In this document: piece after piece, positions 58,469 to 64,000 of the stretch
Layout: every line of letters begins with the position of its first letter
Numbering within the stretch: the first letter of the stretch is position 1
Assembly (NCBI GenBank): GCA_028715785.1
Contig: JAQURC010000002.1
Span: 8,402 to 72,401 of the forward strand
Source: Candidatus Omnitrophota bacterium
Lineage (GTDB): Bacteria > Omnitrophota > Gorgyraeia > Gygaellales > Profunditerraquicolaceae
Direction: 5' to 3'
Length of the DNA stretch: 64,000 nucleotides
Notes under the pieces: model-generated
What the model saw: only the letters and a program-made list of their open reading frames with translations
What the model was told of the DNA's origin: nothing
The model's database searches: none
Translations under genes and position numbers: made by a program

Positions 58469-60355
58469 ATGAAAAATATTTGCAAGAAATCGCTCATACC
58501 GGCATTGCTGGTTATGATCCTGTCAGGAATTTCATGGGCAGAAGAAGGGCAAGATATACATGATTTGGAGAAGATAATCGTTACCGCAACAAGGACAGAG
58601 GCAAGTCAGTATTCTACAGGTAGTTCTGCTACGGTAATAACCGCAGAAGAGGTTGGTCAAACAGGCAAAGATGAGTTCTCTGACCTGTTAAGGGATGTTC
58701 CGGGAGTTACGGTTTCTCAGTCGGGAAGCATCGGAGGTTTGACTAATGTTTATCTTCGTGGATCTAAGCCCGGCCACACATTAGTTATGGTTGATGGAGT
58801 GGAGCTTAACGATCCCATGAGTACCGATCGTTCCTTTGATTTTTCCAATCTAACCATGGATAATATTGAGCGTATTGAAGTGATCCGTGGGCCGCAGTCT
58901 GCCCTTTACGGTTCTGATGCTATGGCCGGCGTAATTAATATTATTACTAAAAAAGGCAGGGGGAAACCGGAGTTTAGTAGTTCCTTTGAAGGCGGCGCAC
59001 ACAATACATTTAGAGAAAATTTGACTTCAAGCGGCAATATAGATAAATTTAATTATTCCCTGTCTGTTTCGCGCCTTGATTCCGGCGGTATTTCCGCGGC
59101 AGCAGGAGGTTCTGAAAAAGATCCCTATCATAATAACGCTATCTCCTCTAGGATAGGGTATAAGGTTTTTGATAACAGCGAATTGAGTTTAGTTGCCCGC
59201 TATACGAATAGTAAGACTTCTATCGACAATGGCGCTTATGATGACGATCCTAATGATACTCTTTGGTCGAAGGATCTTGCCACTAGGTTGGCATTTGACC
59301 AGGCAATAAATTACTGGTGGAACCATTGTCTGTCATTTTCTTATAATGATGTCCGCCGCAAGGGTCGTAACGACAAGGATCCGTCGCACCCGGATGATTA
59401 TTCCAGCGATTGGTATAAAGGTAACATTAAAAAGGTTGAATGGCAGCACAATATTTCTCCTGCGAAATGGAATACTCTTACCGCTGGTTTTGAGTATGAA
59501 AGAGAAAGCGGATCATCTTATTATGAATCGGATAGTTCTTTTGGTCCTTTCTTAAGTAAGCAAGACAGAAAGAGTGTTGATAATAAAGGGTACTATTTTC
59601 AGGACCAGTTTAAGTTTTGGGAGAAACTTTTTATTACTCCCGGATTAAGGATCGACGATCACGAACTTTTCGGCGCTGAAACTACCTATAAAATATCCGC
59701 GGCCTATCTTATTCCCCAGACAGGAACTCGTCTTAAAGGTAACTGGGGCACAGGGTTTAAGGCACCGTCTCTTTATCAACTTTATTCAAGCTACGGCGAT
59801 ACTAGTCTCAAGCCGGATAAAAGCAGAAGTTATGATTTTGGGTTTGAGCAGAGTTTTTTTAAGGATAAACTATCTTTTGATTTAGCGTATTTTCATAATG
59901 ACTTTAGGAATTTGGTTGATTATGATTATAATACTAATAAGTATAAAAATATCGGCAGAGCAAGTACTAAGGGTTTTGAAGTCGGAGCAAAATTTTCGCC
60001 AGTTGAAAATCTAACAATAGGAGGAAACTTTACCTATACTGACACGCAAGATAAAGAAACTGGCCTTGAATTATTAAGGCGGCCGAAGAGGCAGTTTAAT
60101 TTTGACCTCAACTGGGGTTTTCTGCCCAACGCCAATCTTAACCTGGGGTTAAATCATGTGGGCAGCCGCAAAGATTATGTGTATATTACCGATAAATCCT
60201 ATACGATTGTCCGTCTGGCTTCTTCTTATAATGTAACAAAAAACTTCCAAATTTTTGGCAGGATAGAGAATCTTTTTGATAAGGAGTATCAGGAAGTTAA
60301 CGGCTATGCTACGCTCGGGCGTTCATTCTACGGAGGCATTAAGGGTAAATTCTAA
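58469..60355 (+). CDS. btuB: TonB-dependent outer-membrane receptor (BtuB-like)
   Basis: Signal peptide, TonB box EKIIVTATR, plug plus beta-barrel, C-terminal Phe. Confidence 0.85.
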   Translation: MKNICKKSLIPALLVMILSGISWAEEGQDIHDLEKIIVTATRTEASQYSTGSSATVITAEEVGQTGKDEFSDLLRDVPGVTVSQSGSIGGLTNVYLRGSKPGHTLVMVDGVELNDPMSTDRSFDFSNLTMDNIERIEVIRGPQSALYGSDAMAGVINIITKKGRGKPEFSSSFEGGAHNTFRENLTSSGNIDKFNYSLSVSRLDSGGISAAAGGSEKDPYHNNAISSRIGYKVFDNSELSLVARYTNSKTSIDNGAYDDDPNDTLWSKDLATRLAFDQAINYWWNHCLSFSYNDVRRKGRNDKDPSHPDDYSSDWYKGNIKKVEWQHNISPAKWNTLTAGFEYERESGSSYYESDSSFGPFLSKQDRKSVDNKGYYFQDQFKFWEKLFITPGLRIDDHELFGAETTYKISAAYLIPQTGTRLKGNWGTGFKAPSLYQLYSSYGDTSLKPDKSRSYDFGFEQSFFKDKLSFDLAYFHNDFRNLVDYDYNTNKYKNIGRASTKGFEVGAKFSPVENLTIGGNFTYTDTQDKETGLELLRRPKRQFNFDLNWGFLPNANLNLGLNHVGSRKDYVYITDKSYTIVRLASSYNVTKNFQIFGRIENLFDKEYQEVNGYATLGRSFYGGIKGKF

Positions 60356-60405
60356 CAGCAGCCGGGGACGTCCTGTTAGGGGACATCCTCTCAAACCAAT
60401 TGGTA

Positions 60406-60433
60406 TTGACAAATAACGCGGTTGTGCTATAGT
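60406..60433 (+). promoter_or_regulatory. sigma70 promoter TTGACA-16-TATAGT upstream of hppA
   Basis: Consensus hexamers. Confidence 0.5.
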
Positions 60434-60502
60434 CTTTTCTAATTTCCCAAAACTACAAAGTTGTAGTGAATTTCACAGATTTTTGAAAGGAGCGGAGTAA
60501 AG

Positions 60503-62602
60503 ATGGGTTTTGACCTGTTGTTGTTGGCGCCGGTTGGTTCGATATTGGCTTTGAGTTTCGCTTTTTATCTGGCCTTGAGTATTTTGAAAATGGATGAGGG
60601 CACGGATAAGATGAAGGAGATTGCCCAGGCGGTGCGCGTTGGCGCCCAGGCCTATTTAAAAAGGCAGTATCTGGGTGTCTCGATGTTTTTTATTGTGGTG
60701 TTTTTCATTCTTCTGGCGATGGCTATGAAGAATTATCTGGTCATCTTTGTGCCGTTTGCTTTTTTAACCGGCGGTTTCTTTTCAGGCTTGTCCGGTTTTA
60801 TCGGGATGACTATTGCCACCCAGTCCTCTAACCGTACCGCCCAAGCCGCGTCTAAGAGTTTGAATTCCGGCCTGCGCGTTGCTTTTTCCAGCGGGGCAGT
60901 TATGGGGCTTACCGTGGTCGGTTTAGGGCTATTGGATTTGAGTATCTGGTATTATTTTTTAAATTGGTATTATTCTTGCCATCCTACCCCGCTGGGAACG
61001 GATAAGATCGCGGCAATTACTTCAACTATGCTTTGCTTTGGTATGGGCGCCAGCTCGATGGCGCTTTTTGCCAGGGTCGGCGGAGGTATTTTTACTAAAG
61101 CCGCGGATGTCGGCGCGGACTTAGTCGGGAAGGTTGAGGCGGGAATCCCCGAGGACGATCCGCGCAACCCGGCAGTTATCGCTGATAATGTCGGCGATAA
61201 TGTCGGCGATGTCGCGGGTATGGGCGCTGACCTTTACGAGTCTTATGTCGGTTCCATTGTCGCCACTTCGGCTTTAGGCGTTGCCGCCGGCCTCGGTGTT
61301 GCCGGGGTGACTGTGCCGATGGTTATGGCCGCGGTAGGGGTTATCTCTTCGATTATCGGAACATTTTTTGTTAAAAGCGGAGAACAGGCCAGCCAAAAAG
61401 TTCTTTTGGCAGCTTTACGTAAAGGAGTCTTTACCAGTTCATTTATCGTCGCGGTAATCTCATTTTTTCTGGTTAAAGCAACATTGGGCGCCGGGAATTT
61501 AGGCGTTTATTGGTCGGTATTGGCGGGTTTAGTTGCCGGAGTATTGATTGGTTTGTGTACGGAGTATTATACTTCCAGCGGTTTTAAGCCAACGCGTTCA
61601 ATTGCCGATGCTTCTTTAACCGGCCCGGCAACCGTAATTATCGGCGGTATCGCGGTAGGGATGATGTCCACGGCTATTCCGGTAATTATCGTATGCATTG
61701 CTATTTTAATAAGTTTTTATTTATCCGGCGGGGCGGCTAATTTTAACGCCGGCCTTTACGGTATCGCCATTTCAGCAGTAGGGATGCTTTCTACTTTAGG
61801 TATAACTTTGGCTACTGATGCTTATGGCCCGGTCGCGGATAATGCCGGAGGAAACGCCGAGATGTCAAAGCTTCCTCCTGAAGTAAGGAAGAGAACTGAT
61901 GCCCTGGATGCTTTGGGTAATACGACCGCGGCAACCGGTAAAGGTTTTGCCATTGGTTCAGCAGCCCTGACAGCATTAGCTTTGATTGCCGCGTATAAAG
62001 ATCAAGTTTTGCTTTTTGGCAGGGATATTAATGCCAGTATGATGAATCCTACGGTGTTAATAGGTTTATTTCTAGGCGGAATGCTGCCGTTTTTATTCTG
62101 CTCTATGACTATGCGCGCCGTAGGAAGGGCAGCGGGTAAAATTGTCGTGGAAGTCCGCCGGCAGTTTAAGGAGATCATTGGTCTGATGGAAGGCACAGCT
62201 AAGCCTGATTACGCGCGTTGCGTAAGCATTGCCACTGCGGCAGCGCAAAAAGAAATGATCGCTCCTTCACTTTTAGCAATCGCGGCTCCAATAGGTGTGG
62301 GGTTACTGATAGGTATTGACGCGGTTGCCGGGCTTCTGGTTGGGGCAACGGTTACCGGATTTGTTTTAGCGGTTATGATGGCTAATTCCGGAGGCGCCTG
62401 GGATAATGCCAAGAAGTTTGTGGAAGAAGGGCATCATGGCGGTAAAGGCTCAAATGCCCATAAAGCTACCGTGGTTGGCGATACAGTGGGCGATCCCTTT
62501 AAAGATACTTCCGGGCCAAGCTTAAATATTTTGATCAAGCTTATGTCCATGGTCTCCATTGTTTTTGCCTCATTTATTATTAAAAATACGTTATTTAAGT
62601 AA
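60503..62602 (+). CDS. hppA: membrane-bound H+(or Na+)-translocating pyrophosphatase
   Basis: 699 aa; GDNVGD (twice) and DNAGG signature motifs. Confidence 0.9.
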   Translation: MGFDLLLLAPVGSILALSFAFYLALSILKMDEGTDKMKEIAQAVRVGAQAYLKRQYLGVSMFFIVVFFILLAMAMKNYLVIFVPFAFLTGGFFSGLSGFIGMTIATQSSNRTAQAASKSLNSGLRVAFSSGAVMGLTVVGLGLLDLSIWYYFLNWYYSCHPTPLGTDKIAAITSTMLCFGMGASSMALFARVGGGIFTKAADVGADLVGKVEAGIPEDDPRNPAVIADNVGDNVGDVAGMGADLYESYVGSIVATSALGVAAGLGVAGVTVPMVMAAVGVISSIIGTFFVKSGEQASQKVLLAALRKGVFTSSFIVAVISFFLVKATLGAGNLGVYWSVLAGLVAGVLIGLCTEYYTSSGFKPTRSIADASLTGPATVIIGGIAVGMMSTAIPVIIVCIAILISFYLSGGAANFNAGLYGIAISAVGMLSTLGITLATDAYGPVADNAGGNAEMSKLPPEVRKRTDALDALGNTTAATGKGFAIGSAALTALALIAAYKDQVLLFGRDINASMMNPTVLIGLFLGGMLPFLFCSMTMRAVGRAAGKIVVEVRRQFKEIIGLMEGTAKPDYARCVSIATAAAQKEMIAPSLLAIAAPIGVGLLIGIDAVAGLLVGATVTGFVLAVMMANSGGAWDNAKKFVEEGHHGGKGSNAHKATVVGDTVGDPFKDTSGPSLNILIKLMSMVSIVFASFIIKNTLFK

Positions 62603-62612
62603 TTCAGGTTAA

Positions 62613-62700
62613 GGGACTGTTTCTATTTTTTCATTACGGTAGAGGAGGTTTAAACCTCCTCTACCGTTGAAAGAAAAATAGGACTGTCCCCTTGTTTTTG
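62613..62700. terminator. long imperfect hairpin (about 38-nt arms, inner perfect 15-bp palindrome CGGTAGAGGAGGTTT/AAACCTCCTCTACCG) followed by TTGTTTTTG; likely hppA terminator; related to hairpin at 4550-4600
   Basis: Read directly. Confidence 0.5.
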
Positions 62701-62709
62701 TGCTATAAT
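62701..62709 (+). promoter_or_regulatory. extended -10 (TGcTATAAT) placing TSS at or next to the ATG of the ECF sigma gene (leaderless mRNA)
   Basis: TATAAT 62704-62709; ATG 62717; no SD. Confidence 0.4.
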
Positions 62710-62716
62710 TACAGCC

Positions 62717-63322
62717 ATGGATGATTTGGGGTTTGTCCAAGGCTGCCTCAAGGGGAACAAGCAATCCTGGTCTGAATTCATCTCGCGTTATTCCCGCCTG
62801 ATCTATAACTATATCTATAGTGTTTTGGCTGTCAAAGGCCACACCGCTCCTGCGGAACAGGTCGAGGACATCTTCCAAGAAATATTTCACGCCTTAATCA
62901 AGGATAACTATAAAAAACTATCCACTTACCAGGCAAAAAACGGCTGTTCTTTAGCCAGTTGGCTTAGACAGGTTACGATTAATTTTACCATTGATTATTT
63001 ACGCAAACTTAAGCCCGCTGTATCCCTTGACGCGGAGAATGAGGAGGGTTTTAGTTTAGGGGATACTCTCAAGGATCTAACGGCCGGGGCAATTGAATTT
63101 CTTAATGATCAGGATCGCCGTAAGACTCTGCAGGAATGTATCAGCTTGCTTGAATCCGATGAACAGTTCTTTCTTGAACTATTCCTGAATCAAGAGTTAA
63201 GCCTGGAGGAGATCAAGGATTATTATAAAATTAACCGCGGAGCAGTGGATATGCGCAAAAGCAGGATATTCCAGAAATTGCAGGATTGTTTCAAAAATAA
63301 AGGTTTTACTGAGGCTCAGTAG
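62717..63322 (+). CDS. ECF-type RNA polymerase sigma-70 family factor
   Basis: 201 aa; region 2 (IFQEIFHALIKD) and region 4 HTH (LSLEEIKDYYKINRGAVDMRKSRIFQKL). Confidence 0.75.
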   Translation: MDDLGFVQGCLKGNKQSWSEFISRYSRLIYNYIYSVLAVKGHTAPAEQVEDIFQEIFHALIKDNYKKLSTYQAKNGCSLASWLRQVTINFTIDYLRKLKPAVSLDAENEEGFSLGDTLKDLTAGAIEFLNDQDRRKTLQECISLLESDEQFFLELFLNQELSLEEIKDYYKINRGAVDMRKSRIFQKLQDCFKNKGFTEAQ

Positions 63323-63368
63323 TTAGATTTCTTAAGGTGATACGTCTATTGAGGCAGGAGAAGAAGAA

Positions 63369-64000
63369 TGGCTGGCTATTTAGAGAAAATAACAAAAATT
63401 ATTTACCGGGAGCGGAAAAGAGGCCGGAGTTTTAAGGCCAAGGCGCATCCCAGCGAAGAGGATCTGGTTTGTTTTCTTGAGGGTAAGTTTTCCGTTCAAG
63501 ATAAAGAAGCTGTCCAAAAACACCTGCTTAGCTGTGATCTTTGCGCCGAATATTTGAGTGTCCAGCTTAAGATACAGCCGCATTTAAGCCTGGATGTCCC
63601 GGGGCAGCTGTTAGAGAAGGTTAAAAAACTGCTGGGCCAGGAAACCGCTGAAAATTTATTAGAGGTATTCCTTAAACTCAAAGATAAAGCTATGGAGATT
63701 ATCCAGACTACCGGAGATGTGCTGGTTGGCCAGGAATTAGTCCCCGCTCCGGTTTTACGCAGCCGGAAAATCGATGAATTCAAGGAAGAAGTGAGTATTT
63801 TAAAGGATCTGCGGCAGATCAGGATATTGGCTAAGATCCAGAATAAGGGCGCTAAGAGCTTTAATCTTACAATTACCGTTAAGGATAAACAAAGCCAAAA
63901 AACCCATAAAAATTTACGGATCACTCTTCTCAAAGACGGAATTGAGCTGGAGTCATATATAACTGATTCAGCCGGCAGCAGTTTTTTTGAAAATATCCTG
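63369..64000 (+). CDS. putative zinc-binding anti-sigma factor (ZAS-like HxxxCxxC), 3' end outside window
   Basis: Open frame to window end: MAGYLEKITKIIYRERKRG...HLLSCDLCAEYLSVQ; adjacent to ECF sigma. Confidence 0.5.

Noticed and set aside
60356-60400. Possible hairpin GGGGACGTCC...GGGGACATCC after btuB as another long-hairpin family member
   Set aside because: Arms are not reverse complements beyond a 4-bp GTCC/GGAC core; insufficient evidence.
62609-62890. 93-aa reverse-strand ORF overlapping the hppA terminator and the ECF sigma promoter/start
   Set aside because: Overlaps a structured terminator and the 5' end of a well-supported sigma factor gene; no homology.

Overview
This window looks like a single bacterial chromosome segment of moderate GC content that is almost entirely on the + strand and densely packed. 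It holds a contiguous ribosomal and transcription supercluster: tRNA-Thr, rpmG, tRNA-Trp, secE, nusG, rplKAJL, rpoBC, rpsLG, fusA, tuf, the S10, spc and alpha operons, ending at rplQ. Upstream lie hisI (3' fragment), trpE, rpsP, yajC, secDF, a minimal mfd, and surA-pdxA-ksgA. Downstream lie a metabolic island (aspartate aminotransferase, LeuC-like, an orphan pilT, LeuD-like, an IDH-family dehydrogenase, mdh, lpd, a free-standing lipoyl-domain protein), a GAF/HD-GYP gene and a glycolipid module. Then comes a cobalamin salvage locus (cobO, riboswitch, btuFCD, cobC, cobU, cobT, cobS, a DUF71 PP-loop ATPase, a second riboswitch, btuB), an H+-pyrophosphatase, and a leaderless ECF sigma factor with a partial zinc anti-sigma factor. 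The most striking signal is a previously uncharacterised family of about 50-nt elements, present in 11 copies. Each has a conserved 7-bp GC hairpin with the loop UUAUAAGGAAUU, then a small hairpin that shows compensatory changes, then AGGAG and the start codon. They sit immediately 5' of rplL, tuf, rpsC, rpsH, rplF, rpsM, rpsK, yajC, pilT and the lipoyl-domain gene. A second long-hairpin repeat family, a decayed tRNA-Trp 3'-end duplication in the secE leader, and a shared TGTGTAAT/ATTACAC motif set upstream of rpsP and the idh-mdh-lpd genes are further unexplained signals. No CRISPR array, integrase or transposase was seen.
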